Assembly (NCBI RefSeq): GCF_000150275.1
Contig: NW_002060946.1
Coordinates: forward strand, 5,680,597 to 5,744,596
From: Trichoplax adhaerens
Taxonomy: Eukaryota; Animalia; Placozoa
Reading direction: 5' to 3'
DNA length: 64,000 bases
In this document: positions 11,688-25,400 of the stretch, one piece after another
Numbering within the stretch: the first letter of the stretch is position 1
Layout of the letters: each line of letters opens with the position of its first letter
The notes under the pieces: model-generated
What the model was told of the DNA's origin: nothing
Database searches by the model: none
The model's input: only the letters and a program-made list of their open reading frames with translations
Made by a program: the position numbers and the translations under genes

Positions 11688-12500
11688 GGTACCGTATCGT
11701 ATCGTACCGTATCGTATTGTACCGTGCCGTCTGTGCAGTACACCTCACTGTGATGTGGTTTCAGCTATGGCTTGCTACTCTACCTGAGTGAGTCTACCAT
11801 CGTGCTTGGGCAGACTCTCTTGGCCCATGCCTCACTGCTGGTGTTGTATTAAGACTGCCCACAGACCAGGGCTTCATACAATAGATGTCGGTGATACCCA
11901 GTACGGTACGGTTTGGCACGGTCTGGTTTGAGTGCAGTAAAGTAATATAGTGTGCTGGCGACAAGGGCGACATCATTTTTGCTAGGTAAAGCGATATACT
12001 ATACTATGGTATACTATACTGTAGTTTATAATACTACAACTAGACTGCTTACTGAGGTATGCCAGGAAAAAATAGAAAAAATGATGTCACCCGTAGCATT
12101 CAATAACGATGCTGACCACTCTACCGTGTACAGTACTCTACATTGTACTGTGCACTGTCAATGTACACTCATATTGTACAGTACAATCCATCGGGGGAAT
12201 ACAGTACTGTATGGGTACAGTATGACTTTGTCAACATTGGGCGGTATCCAGCAACCATCCAGGTCATCCAGTTACTATACTGTACAGTACAATGTACACT
12301 TAAATGTACTGTACTGTACAGTACAATCCATCGGGGTAATACAGTATTGGGTACAGTACAGTATGACTTTGTCAGCATTGGGCGGTATCCAGCAACCATC
12401 CAGTCGTTCAGTACTGTACTGTACAACTGGATAGGGGTAATATAGGTACAGTATGACTTTGTCAACATTGGGCGGTATCCTGCAAGCATCCACGTTATCC
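11688..12500. promoter_or_regulatory. GTAC-rich bidirectional promoter region between MRPL1 (-) and MEST (+)
   Basis: (GTATC/GTACC)n run at 11688-11730, TACTATAC/TACAGTAC words at 11990-12460, and divergent ATGs at 11507 and 12588. Confidence 0.55.
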
Positions 12501-12503
12501 AGG
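12176..12503. repeat. Minisatellite-like repeat: 3 copies of CAGTATGACTTTGTCA(A/G)CATTGGGCGGTATCC(A/T)GCAA(C/G)CATCCA with GTAC-rich spacers
   Basis: Copies start at about 12218, 12359 and 12449. GTACAGTACAATCCATCGGGG is also duplicated. Confidence 0.9.
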
Positions 12504-12587
12504 TGGTCAGCTCAAAATCTTCAATTAACGACCTAGAGGCAAAACATTCTTTCCTGGAGGGTACAAGCAGCTAGGAAAAGAATTGAA

Positions 12588-13577
12588 ATGGCTTTCTATC
12601 TAAGTCGACGTACCACAATAATTGCCGTGCTGATAGCAGGCCTATACTACATTTATTTCCCATCTTGTAGTCCTTCGGAAAACCTGAAAGATTGGCAACG
12701 TGGTGGGCAGTATATCAAATACGGCAAGTATGATATATTCTATCATGATAGCCTTGCTGAAAATGTCAACCAAGGAAATGAAGCCACTCTCTTGGTGCAT
12801 GGATTTCCCACTAGTAGCTACGACTGGCATAAAGTATCGGAAGGCATTCGTATGAATGTCGGTAGAATTGTAACGATAGATATGCTTGGATTTGGATTTA
12901 GCGATAAACCACTGGATATCAATTACACCGTTGGATTGCAAGCTGATCTATACGAAGATGTTCTAATGCAGCTTAACATTACTCAGGTGCATATCCTTGC
13001 ACATGATTTTGGTGATACAGTATCATTGGAAATGCTACGTCGATTCAATGAACGACAACTTGAGTCTGGTAAGAATAGGCTAACAATCAAAAGTTTAGCT
13101 CTCCTTAATGGTGGTTTATTCCCTAAAGTTTATAAACCGCGTTTAATACAGCATATGCTGGTTCATCCTTCTCTAAAAGATATCTTACCTCGTATCATGA
13201 ATTATTATCAATTCCGATATTCATTTTCTGCTATCTTTGGAAAAAAATATGATTTTACTAGCCAAGAATCCATGGATATTTGGCAGCAAATTACCTATAA
13301 AAAGGGCGTCTTAATTCTAGGTAATATCTTAGGCTATTTACATGAAAGACAAATCAATGGTGAAAATTGGCTTGATGGTATGACAAAAAATGATATACCA
13401 GTTATCTTCATTTACGGGCCAGAAGATCCAATTAATCCACCTATTGTAGTGCAGGAATTTAAGAAAAGAGTCCCTCGAGTCGAATGTGTTGTCCTTGAAG
13501 ACATTGGTCATTATCCACAACTGGAAGATCCTTACAACGTCTTGCAAAATTATCTACGATTTAGAAAGTCATTCTAA
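12588..13577 (+). CDS. MEST: Mesoderm-specific transcript homolog (alpha/beta hydrolase, epoxide-hydrolase-like), intronless CDS
   Basis: 329-aa ORF with an N-terminal hydrophobic anchor, LVHGFPTSSYDW, DMLGFGFSDKP, nucleophile motif AHDFGD, LLNGGLFP, FIYGPEDPIN and IGHYPQLEDP, all matching MEST-family motifs. Confidence 0.9.
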   Translation: MAFYLSRRTTIIAVLIAGLYYIYFPSCSPSENLKDWQRGGQYIKYGKYDIFYHDSLAENVNQGNEATLLVHGFPTSSYDWHKVSEGIRMNVGRIVTIDMLGFGFSDKPLDINYTVGLQADLYEDVLMQLNITQVHILAHDFGDTVSLEMLRRFNERQLESGKNRLTIKSLALLNGGLFPKVYKPRLIQHMLVHPSLKDILPRIMNYYQFRYSFSAIFGKKYDFTSQESMDIWQQITYKKGVLILGNILGYLHERQINGENWLDGMTKNDIPVIFIYGPEDPINPPIVVQEFKKRVPRVECVVLEDIGHYPQLEDPYNVLQNYLRFRKSF

Positions 13578-16500
13578 GTATACGTATTTAATAAGCTTAA
13601 TTAACCACCCGAAAGGATGTCGAGCGCGTCGCTTTGTAATATTCCGCAGTAAGATGACTATTTTTACAGTAGTGTGCCGCCTATGACAACATCGATTCCT
13701 TCCTTACAATCAAACGGATTTTTAAGCGAAATAGTTTACATTAAGATCAATTAAGGTTTTCTTAATTGATTTTATAAATTCGTATATATGAGTATTAGAC
13801 GTACGGTATGTTAGATGTGCAAGTGTACGAGTAAAGATAGATTTAAATATTTTATAAAACCTTTTGAATTAAATCTTAAGACTAAACTTCGAAATATAGC
13901 CACGCTTTATAGTACTGCTACAAATCAACGTATCCAGCACTGATTCAGTAATAACCGGATTTCTTGATAGCTAGTCTTCAAGTAGTACTATAAAGTTTCA
14001 ATATTAGATGTGCAGTAAAACCGTGCAACGATTTTCTATGCTCAATTTAAAATTTAATTTAATATATGATCTAGTTTAAAAATTTTATCCTCAAAGATGC
14101 ACCCAAATGTTGCTTCTATTTTCTATGGATATGCTGGACTACGGTGCATGGTAGCAAAATATTCAAACTTAGGCTAGTTTTGTCTAAGAATTATTAACTT
14201 TTGTAGATAATTTTGTTGTTTTCAATCGCTTTAGGACAAGTTCCTGCACACTTTATTTATGTATGGTTTCGGAGAGATTCCTAAGATTTTTGTTAAGAAT
14301 TTGCGATCGGAATAGCTTGGTTAACTGTATTCACTCATCAATTCTAAAACACGCAATACGATTTTAATAAGCTGTAAAAATAAAATTAATTTTATCATCT
14401 CGCAGTATTTAAATTACACATGGTTACTGTAGTTTCACTGCCAGCTAGTATGTAATTTTGATTTCAAAAAATAATGGATATCATTGGTAAGTGAATTTGA
14501 ATACTCTGATACAATCATAATCCATGTCCGGCACATAATACGAAAAGACTTACATTATTGCATGCAATCACGGAATTCGGTATAGCATAACAATGTTACG
14601 CTTACAACTGTCTAGATAAGTTCAGTAGCCGATCGTCTTCATAATACAGTACTTGCAATGTCCACGTAATTGTGAATAACACTAATCATGAACCTTGTAT
14701 AATGTCCATAGCTTAATAAGGTTGTTGCTAGTTTTTCGATTGAAGGCTAGAAATTATATTGCTACGGCATCGACTTTGAACTTTCACTGCATTTGATTTC
14801 GATAATGCAGCTGGGCAACAGATTAGATTTTTCACCCCAATTTCTCGACATCTTTGCATAGCATTTCGGACGGTAGTGCTTTCGTAAAAAATTTCAAACC
14901 ATTCAGTCAATACGTAGAATTCGGACAATACTGAACACAAATCGAATTTCTCGATATGTTGCCGTAACGAATCAAATCAATTAAAATTTATATTTAATCT
15001 ACGCTAATGCAGAAAAAATAACTGTATATTGACTACAGTATACTATTAGACAGTAGTACGAGTATTACTAAGTGAGATTTAGCTATAATGTTAATTCGCG
15101 TAGTAGAAGTAGCGTTAATTATAATTATAATGCTTACGTCTTAATAGATTCTAATAGGTTCTTTCGATGTGCATCAACACCATTACCTCGCCTAACCGCT
15201 TATGGACTATACGCGTAGTATACCCGCTCTGAAGAAATTTTTATTTTTAAACAACTTGGTTTTGATAGAAACCAATAGACATCAGAGCATTAAATGCAGC
15301 TATTATTTAAAGTGTTGGCCGGCTAATAAGCATCTTTCTTCGTTATATCTTCCATAGTAATTTAACTTTCAAGCGCACATTAGTTTAACAAAAGTACTAC
15401 CGTACTTAATTTACTAATTATATTTATATCTAAGAAGCATACTGTTAAGCTTTTCAACGTCTAAAATCTATCAATCTCTTGTGCTGATCTAACTTTACAT
15501 GGAAAAATAGTACAACTGCTGCCAAGGTAAAGCACATAAGTGCATCAATAGCAAAGATACAGTACGACTTTAATTATTAATCGAGCTCACTTCTATGGGC
15601 ATATTTTTAAGGAAACTTGCCATTTGAATTCCAGAGGTAAGGACCTCCTTTTACGATAGGATAGGGTATCAAATTTAATATCAGAATGCGAGAAGAAATA
15701 TAAAATCAGTGTTCAATTTTTTGACTGGCATTTATGTCCTCCCATGTTTATAGCTAAGTGAATTGTAACGTAGGGTATTTCTATTCACGTCATAACGTTA
15801 ACATGTTCTTTGCTAAGCGAACTAAAATTATGAATTAGCTAGGGTGGGATTAGTTTATCTTATAACTACCAAGGACTATCTAGCTGTAATCATTTATCTG
15901 TCTGAATTATTACAGCAAAGGTCATCATTTATAGACAATTAGTTACAAAATGATTCTTTTATTACCACACAACCACAATTTGCCAATTAAATCACAAGGT
16001 CAGTTTTAAATCTCCTATTACGCGATTTATTCATAATTCGTACTTCTAATTATAGCGTCAAAATATGAATCTCTTAAAACAATACTCACTTACTTAGCGC
16101 AATCTCTTTATATCGTAAAACCTTATATAAATATCTCAATAAAATTGCTACAATATGTACCGTAATTTTCTTTCTACAAATAGACACTTACGCAACCTTA
16201 CAATCAAACGTTAAATTTATCTATTCTTGCACTGTACAATCTTATAAGAGTAAGCTTAAGCTAATTTGGGGATGTACCACATTTTATGAGTAGATAGCTT
16301 AAAATACTGCTATCATGTTTGGTATATGTTACAATTATTATGCTGGAACAAGACAATTCAAACAATAAAAAATGTTCTACTGTAGTCTTAATTTTACATA
16401 TAACATAGAGCCAAAAGGATACTCAATTCATTGTGCTATCTTTAATAGGAGCACAAGACACGCTCCTAGAAGTACTTAGTCTAATACTTTCCCTTGATAA

Positions 16501-19500
16501 ATGTTCAGGAAACTCAGCTGTACAAATTTTTACTTAACGTTGTCTTGTTCTACGTTAGATTATGACATATGTATTTACTTTAGTTGATAATCCAATTTTC
16601 GGCACTAATAATATTATTGATCTTAACAACAATAATAATATGCCTTGGAAAATTTAAGAGGAAATTCTATTATAGTATCCTGTCTTATCATTGTCTCTTA
16701 ATTATTGACGGAAATAATTACGAGAATATCTGCAGGAAATTGTAAAATAAGACTTTATCTTTATCTTGCAATGTAATTAGAAAATATACCGGTTTCATAA
16801 ATCAAACTGCAGGGACTTAAAAGTGAAAGTTTGAGTAATTTAAAGATAGTGATCCTATCATACCTGACAATTGGGCATCTTATGATTCCTAGTAGGAGTA
16901 GGATGAGGCAACGAAGTAATCGATTAGATATTGCCCATAGTGATTCATAGCTTTTATTTACAGTAATTGAAATTACTTCCTCTTTCCAAATAAATTAATG
17001 TAGTATAATATTATATAATAGCCTATCCTGTTTCCATATCTATCCGTGAATGGAAATAAATTAGATTCAGTTATAATTTTACCAAATTATTTATTTACGA
17101 AATTATTAAGTCCAAAGAGTTTTGTTATATATTATTTAGTAATATGCGACTACTGTAATGCTTAACTCCCATATTTACGAATTTTGGATGAAAAATATTA
17201 TCTAGATTACTGTTTCATTAATAAGATTAGGAGAAATAAATAATACAGCCGTCTTGCAAGATCTGTTCGTGATTACATTTCTCATTCTTATGAAGCCAAA
17301 CAGTGCGTCCTTTGTTAGTATATCCATGTTGTCTTATAGAAACAACATTTCATAACTACTATTGTCATCATCAAAACAATTGCATTTGTAATAATATAGT
17401 GCTCGGGTACATTACAAAGACAATAATTTACTTATGAATGCAATAGAGACTATTATCCTTTAAGTACAGTATACGAGCGTAGCTAACGAAATGTGCTTAT
17501 AAACCTATCATTGATATCAGTCAATCGACATACCGGTAGGTAAATTATAGTTTGATAGTGATTACTAATATTACTATTATACACATTTCGAACTGGAATG
17601 CACTTGTTATACTCTCGCTAGCCTTACGTCCTTGAAAGGCTAAAAAGTGTCGATTTAAAGTGACAAATTTTGATACATTAAAGTATTGGTAAAAGGATTA
17701 CTGGTGATGCTAATTAAAATTTAAAACCAAAGCAGCATTTCTAGCGTAATGTGCTAATTTTTTATGCTAAACTTGTTTTCGTAAAATTGTCCATAAAGGA
17801 GTTTTGTGCATGCATGTACTATATATTTGTGATACATGCGTGTATATGTACAATATACTCAAATGTATATATATATGTTATATACATGTCCTCAAGCGTT
17901 TCTAATGACGCATTAGCGGTTGGATAACAACACGATGACAAAAAGAATATTTACGGCTGTAGTAGTGCTATAAATAAGGTTTAATTACTATATAGGCTCT
18001 AAACAAATAACTCAATAGAGCATCGTGACCCATAATCGTACGTAGCTGTTTATATTGAATTACGGATAACTCTTACTATGATAAATTTGTCACGTAGATA
18101 TTATCCACTATAAAAATTATCATATAATAGTTGTTTGTTTTTAAATTATGAATGTGTCACCGAAGATTGGAATCTGAATGACGTCGTTGTCCATTTTCTT
18201 CAGTATTATTGAGTTGTAATGATAGGAGGAGTTCTAAATCTAAATTGTCTATGATATACCATATAATAAACATTGTGCTTCGTTTGCGTCTAGATCAGGT
18301 ACACCTTAACCTCTAATAATATCCGAAAGAAAAACACGAATAAGGGCCTTAAATATTCAGTTTCTAGGCCACTAACAACATAAATTACCCTATTATGTCA
18401 TTAAGATTAGCTATATCATAAATTTACTTACAAAATTGTTGAGTTTTACCATTGTAAAATAGCCATAATTTATAATTTATCTCTTATTATTCAGGTAGAG
18501 ATTAACTACGGCACGAATTTCTGAGATGATTAGGATTGATAATGTTATGATAAGTTACTCATTATAAATTGCTAAGCATTTGGCTTGCATTAAGACTTCA
18601 TTTATAAAAAATATATAACAACATTGACTTAGCTTAATGAGGATAATTTAATTATTAATATAACGCTTTTAAGCTTGTCTTAAAAATATATTTATGTATT
18701 TTCTTGGAATTCATATTTTTTATATATTTCTAGTATAAAGAACACTTTTATGAAAGTTGTGTTCTCAATATGTTAATTATTGTAGCCATATTTGTATTAC
18801 AAACATTAAGTTACTAGTGAGTTGTGAAAAAGCCGAAATAAGCACTAAACTCTTTCGCGGGCTAATAAGACGTAAATCTTAAATAGCCACGTAAGACGAT
18901 TCGGTGATTGCATCTCACTAAAAATGGACATAAAATTAATCAATATCGAATATATTATACTTTAAATTAGTACATCAATACTACAATTCTTAATACTGAA
19001 TGAGGGTAGAATTTTTAAATTACGAAAACATTTCATCATGATCACTTCTCTTGGTGATCCATCGATCGAAGGTTTCATTTATAGCTACAAATACGTATGT
19101 ATGAATAGGCCAGACAAATTCATTGTCATGCATCATGCTTCTATAGATTAACTGTTCTACTATACTTCATAAAGTATTAGCAATAAAGGAACTGTTCTAA
19201 TCATAGTAAAATAGATCAATTGTTACTGTAATGCTATAATGGCTGCTTTAATAACATAATTTGAATGTAATCTTAACTATATTAACAATAATTTTTATAT
19301 AGGCGATTTAATTGATCTTGATCCTTCTATTTGATCGTTTATAGATATTATTAGAGCTAATTACAGATCACTTCAAGCAATGTTATAGTAATAAACAACG
19401 ACATACAATTCTAGAATTGCGAGGGTTTATGGGTCGATTGATTTTATTGCACTATGCTAGAATTACTGAAGAAATATCGAAATAATTCGAGTAAAAATAT

Positions 19501-21388
19501 ACAACGTTATTGCAAACAATTCTATTTCGAAATAACAGTTTCTATAGGATATAATTTGATAGACGCACATCGATTTAATGATATTATATTGCTTATTAAA
19601 TAACGTATTAGCATAATATTGACAAATAATTGTCAGATCAGTTTAATTACTACGTAAGAATGATGAATTATCTCATCCTCTAAACCATATTAGATATTAA
19701 ATAAACCTTCGTAATGTCATGATAATACTATCATACCTTGTTAAGATTACTGCCCTCTATTCGGAGCATATTGCGTGAGTCAACAATTCTTACATGATAT
19801 TTTTTTAATTATATTAAAGTTAATTGTATTAATGATAATATCTATAACTGATATAGTAATAATATAAATTATAATATTTTCTAAAGTAACGTAATAATAT
19901 AGACTAGATTAACTCTACTTTACTTTAGCAAGAAAGAATTCGAAATAATCCTTATGAATATAAAATTCATACGGAATAAGTGTTGTTTCGCCTTATTCTC
20001 ATGTTGTTATATCTATCAGCTGCAGTAGCGATGACTAAGATCGAAGTTCACAATTTATACGAGTATTACCGCAATGGTATTTTTGCAGTATAGTAATAAT
20101 ATCTTATCGATTTTGTCAATTTTATATATAAATCATATGAAGTCAATACGTTCGGTTGATTTAAGTATTGAAGTGGCGAAAGATGTATGCGGCTCAGATG
20201 CAAGATGAATAATCATTTTGTAGACTACAATGGTTTTCGGTCCTTGTTATTTAGGAAATATTAGAAAAAGAGATTTCCTATTAGATCATCACTTTTTGCG
20301 AAGTAGTCATTATCATAACAGGAATGGGATGATGTTAATATGCCAAAAAGTCGATCTAGATTTCTGTATCTAGGCGATGATGATACCTAACATATTTTCG
20401 TAAATAATATAACATAACAAAAATTTGCTAATATTGCCATGATGAAACTGTGCTTTAAATGAGATACTAGCTTTTATTGTGCCACAGAAATAGGGTGCAG
20501 AGTCATTCATGGCTTATCGTCAATTTTACAATAAATTGCAGACATGTGTTGTCGTTATGGATGTTTTTAAAATAAATGGATCCAAGAATGTGATTTTCAA
20601 GTAGAATTATACTATTTCTGTGTATGCCAGTACTTTTTTTAATAGATCCGAAGTAGTTATCGTCATAGAAATACCACAACTTTCTCTACTTGTGAGTTAA
20701 ATCATACCTACTATAACGATTACATTTATTCCTTTACAGCCAAAGCGCCAACTGTTGTACAATTTTTGGTGGAGTTGATAAGCATTACCATAGAAGGAAG
20801 GACGATGATAGCTAGAACGATGAACGGATACAGAAGCAGTAGACAGCTAAATAGTGCTTTAAGTAATTATGAATATTCACATTTAAAGGATGTATAACAT
20901 GGGATAAGCTTAATTAAAGAATTTTTGTTAATTGTTAGAAATATTATTAAAGCAGAGGAATAAATTCTATACAGATAGCAGAGGGTTTATTCTATATGAG
21001 ATATATTTTTAAACGAATTAATAAGACAACAACATACCAAGCAGATTATTGAATTAAGCATACGGATTACTTGTATTCGCAGGACATGACGCCCCTAGCG
21101 ACGAATTAATCAACAATGGATTACAGCTGAAACTAACCGAAGATCGAATGTAAGACATAGTAAGAATCTATGGACGATTGAAGAGTTGTACTAAATAGCC
21201 ATTAAGATAACTAAGTTCTTCGCCTTATTATTTGTCATGGTACAATTAGGCTTGAAGATATTAATAACGACCATGTTATTGATGAACTATATTAGGGAAT
21301 ATTGTAATATAAGAGATCAAATTGATTTATAAATAGATATGTTTCACTAATATTACTTAAGACAAAGGTAAGGGTCTGATTGCCGTTT

Positions 21389-22465
21389 TCATGCTTTAGT
21401 TTGTTGTGCGGCACTTAATCGATTCCAGTTTGATTTATAGCTAGTATCATTATTACATGATGTTATCGAGGTACCACCACTGTAAGCGTGATAAGGCTTA
21501 CAAGTAATCATAGCAACAAATGCTCTCCTTATACCAGGATTGAAGAAGCCATAGATGATTGGATTGATTGCACAATAACTTAGTGCTACTGGAAGTAAGA
21601 TATCGCGATGGACAGCTTGTAATTTAGCAAAAATTTCATAATGAAAGAGGAGCTGTTGTCTCTGAGCAGCATGTCGACCATAAATGAAAATGATGACCGT
21701 AAAAATAATATATGGTGTCCACATTATAAAGAAAGTGCCGACCATAATCAGTAACGGTTTAGCGGCATGGACACGTCTGCGTATCTCATGATGCACCTCT
21801 GCATTTCCGGGTAAATTCTTCTCTCTAATATCTCGCATATGCTTTAAAGCAATTCGACAGATGGAACCATAAGCAAACAGCATAATAGCTAACGGTAGAC
21901 CAAATGCAAGGGCATAAAAGCAAGTAAAATAGATAAATTCTTGCTCTGCATCTCCTACCTTAGGGCATTTACGATCAATAGGATCATATTTTCTTAGGAC
22001 AAAAACAGGAAAAAAGGATAGGAGAAAGGCTCCAACCCACACAAATATGAGAGAAAGAAAAATTTTAAATTTGGTAATAATCTGACTAGAGTGAAAGGGA
22101 TAGGCAATGACGATATATTTTTCCAAACTAAGCAGACTCAGATGAAATGATAAATTAGCTAAGCTAAAATTTCGAAATGGTCCAAATAAATGACAAAAGA
22201 TCGAGTTGATACGAAAAGATAATACTTCCAATGGATGTAATAAGCAGTAAAATATCGCAAAGATAATAGTACCTATCGCCATACTACTGATGATAATATT
22301 CATTACTTTACGTAGTTGGCGACGTGATAAAATGAGATAAATTAGCAAACCATTGTTTAATAATGAAAAAAATCCAATAAATTCATAAATTATAATCGAT
22401 GCCAATTTAGCCATTAACAGATCATGAGTAGAATGAGGTTTTGGCACAGTTTGATTGACGGACAT
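21389..22465 (-). CDS. Class A (rhodopsin-like) GPCR, orphan, paralog 1
   Basis: 358 aa with 7 hydrophobic segments; TM3 Cys and EKY, TM4 W, TM5 P..Y, TM6 GTF..MWTP, TM7 NPIIY. Probable 5'UTR intron 22578-23195 (GTAAG...TTCACAG). Confidence 0.95.
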   Translation of the reverse strand: MSVNQTVPKPHSTHDLLMAKLASIIIYEFIGFFSLLNNGLLIYLILSRRQLRKVMNIIISSMAIGTIIFAIFYCLLHPLEVLSFRINSIFCHLFGPFRNFSLANLSFHLSLLSLEKYIVIAYPFHSSQIITKFKIFLSLIFVWVGAFLLSFFPVFVLRKYDPIDRKCPKVGDAEQEFIYFTCFYALAFGLPLAIMLFAYGSICRIALKHMRDIREKNLPGNAEVHHEIRRRVHAAKPLLIMVGTFFIMWTPYIIFTVIIFIYGRHAAQRQQLLFHYEIFAKLQAVHRDILLPVALSYCAINPIIYGFFNPGIRRAFVAMITCKPYHAYSGGTSITSCNNDTSYKSNWNRLSAAQQTKA

Positions 22466-25400
22466 AGTTCTGGATTTTTTCGTTTTTTCGAATATAACTT
22501 TGACGTATAGATGAAATATCTGCAGGCTATTACTGGAAAGCTCTGGCTGTAGCAGTTGTATTTAAATAATCAACAGCCTGTGAATAAACAAATACATCGA
22601 GGTCAGATATTAATCGTTTACCGATGTGATTAGCGTCATTTTGTAATAATAGTCAGATTATGGTATGGATTGTAGTTACTTCCGTGTCTAAAGTGTGCAT
22701 TTCCAATCGATCAGCTATTATAGTTTTGTATAGAAATAGTCTGTCCAATCAATTTAACCGCTAAGAGATTATCATTGGACTGTAATTAATATTTTTTTTT
22801 TTGCTTAACCTAGGTAGAATTATTATTTGGTATTACAGTTATTATAGATAATTATTGATCTTAGAATGAAAATTTGATTAAAATCGCTGACGGGTGTATA
22901 CTATTCAATAAGTGCTAATTTTTAACCACTTTTTATGTACTGTATCGTGTGAATTATTTTATTAGACGATATTGATGTGAGCGCGTTAAAACTAATCACT
23001 TTCGATTGGATCAATTTTTTTCTTTCCTATGTACGGTTTACGTCTTGATTAGTATTGAACTTAAAACTACCTATCATTTATTCAATGTTCGTGTTGGTTA
23101 TGAAAAAAAGGAATTGGTCACCGCACTCGGTGTTATCCTTTCACGATTGTACAAATTTAGACACTAAGAGCTATTAAAAAAAAAATTAATCTTACCTAGA
23201 TTTAAATAGACGTTCGATTGGGATAGGCTGAAAGTAGCTATGAAAGATTATGAATTGATTATAAGATCAAAAGAGACAGATCCAATAGATCGCTAAGTAG
23301 AATTACTTTCGGTATACTATAGGAGGGACAATCTTGACAGAATTACAAAATGGAAGAGAACTTACGAAAAAAAGGCTTGTCCAGATGACGGAATAATTTT
23401 GATGTTGTTTCTTGTAGAACGAGTTGAAATGTGCTAAATGGATTAGTCTCCACCAACAAATGGCTTTTATATCAATAGCGGATCAAATATAAATGGTTGA
23501 TGCGAAATAGGTAAATAAAGATGTAATGAAAAAATCAATAAATAAGAAAATGATCAAATGATGTGTAACAATAATTAATCAATAGCATCTGCTAGTAAAA
23601 GGGCTAATTTGCTTGGCTTCCTATAGAGCAAATTTTATCTGTTAAACTATACAATAGTGAAGAGAAAGAATTTTCCTATTTTTTTTCCTAATTGTTATTA
23701 GTCAATCTATTGACAATCACAGAATCAATACAGCTTTTGTTGATGATATCAATGAGAATATGTAAATAGTACGGAGTCTCGTTGACTACTGTAGCATTAA
23801 ATTGACATTTTTACCGTGTTTTAAATTAAATATTGTTGAGGAATTTGTTATAATTAATAGTATTAAACGTGATAATTATTAATTAGAAAAACGATTCTTA
23901 ATGATAGTATAACTTGTAAAATAAGGTGATGAAAATAAAAATTCACTCTTAGAAATCAATCCTCCATACTTTCCCGATAAATATGATAATATGGAACTTA
24001 TTCGTCATCATGGCGTAGTTTAATCTATCGAAATTGAACTGCAAGTAGAGTATTTATTTACTCAATCATCATCAGCAATTGAGAGAATTAATAGGTGCAG
24101 TATTCTTGAATTAGTTATTTGAAAGCTATTTGGTAATATTCTCACGTCATGAAAGTAAGAGGATATAAATCAATTTTTAAAATAATAATTTATATATTCG
24201 ATGAACTGGGTTGGTCATCAATATTGTTATACCGATGATGAGATAATATTGGCTTACTGCCTTTAAACTTGATTGATAATGATTGTTGGTTGAATAATTC
24301 TCATCAGTATTAATTATACTCCCATCCGGTGTAATTTAGATTGTTACATTATTTAAATATTGATTATCTAGTCAAATTTGAGATACTATAGAACGGTTAT
24401 TATCTAGTTAAAGTAGCCACATTATAGCGATATTGTTCTTGCTTTAATGCCAGGAAGAATAAGTATTCTGATCTTCATTTCCTCTTGATCGACCCCCTTT
24501 AACCTCTTTAGAATAGCTCAATTCATCCTTTCTCAAAGGCAACTGATGTGAACTTTATTGCATTGATAAATTATTCACCCTATTTTTCAAAAATTGTATG
24601 CAGATGGAATAGAGATGGCTACTTATCAACTGATTATAATTGTCACTCTTTTATGGCCTTACTCGAAATAGAATGGCTACATTTACCAAGAGATAGGTAG
24701 AGTGATGTTGCATTTTATAGGCTTAAGATGTCAATATTATTATGATAAAATAGATTAATCTTCATTCTATTTCTACATCGGCATAAGTGAATTTTATTGC
24801 TTTGTAAAATAGACTAGAACTATCTTTCTATCTGGCAATAAACTTTTGAATTTTTAAATTTTGACTGACTACAGTATGACAGCAAGATGCTCCCTTTTCT
24901 AATCCTAGCTCACTACAACAAACAAACTAATCGACCCATTTCATGGTGAATGATCCAATGGAGTTTACAAATTGATGTTGATCGTATCAACTTGATAATT
25001 TATTCTATCCTTCGATTGGTAATTTTCCCTTCATGGATAGGACGAGAAAGCAAGTTGGAAAAGTTGGAAAATATGATTGCCAAATTGGCTACAAAGATGG
25101 CATAGCAGAAAATTGTTGGTGTGATCGATCGTGTGTGGATGACGTGGTGTTTTTTAGTTCGATCCAATAGGTAAGGTCAATCACTGGCTAGCATCACCCA
25201 ACCGATGTCAAGCACAGTTGACACAATTGCAATTTTCCCTTATCTCCTCTATCGACTCAGTATTGAATGAGTCAACGTTATCGAGCGTCACCCTCTTTGG
25301 CAATGATGACGTCATTCGACAGGTCAGTTCTACTTGATTTGATGCCTTGACTTCACCTACCCAATGACTTCAATTGATTCAATAATTGCTGTCTGACTTT

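Noticed and set aside
11952-12493. Overlapping ORFs of 72-160 aa on both strands
   Set aside because: Translations of the minisatellite/GTAC island.
12176-12503. Repeat-spacer pattern superficially like a CRISPR array
   Set aside because: Eukaryotic intron-containing context, only 3 copies, spacers low-complexity, related to each other and unequal in length, and no cas genes.
12642-13686. Short antisense/alternative-frame ORFs overlapping MEST
   Set aside because: Shadow ORFs of the real CDS.
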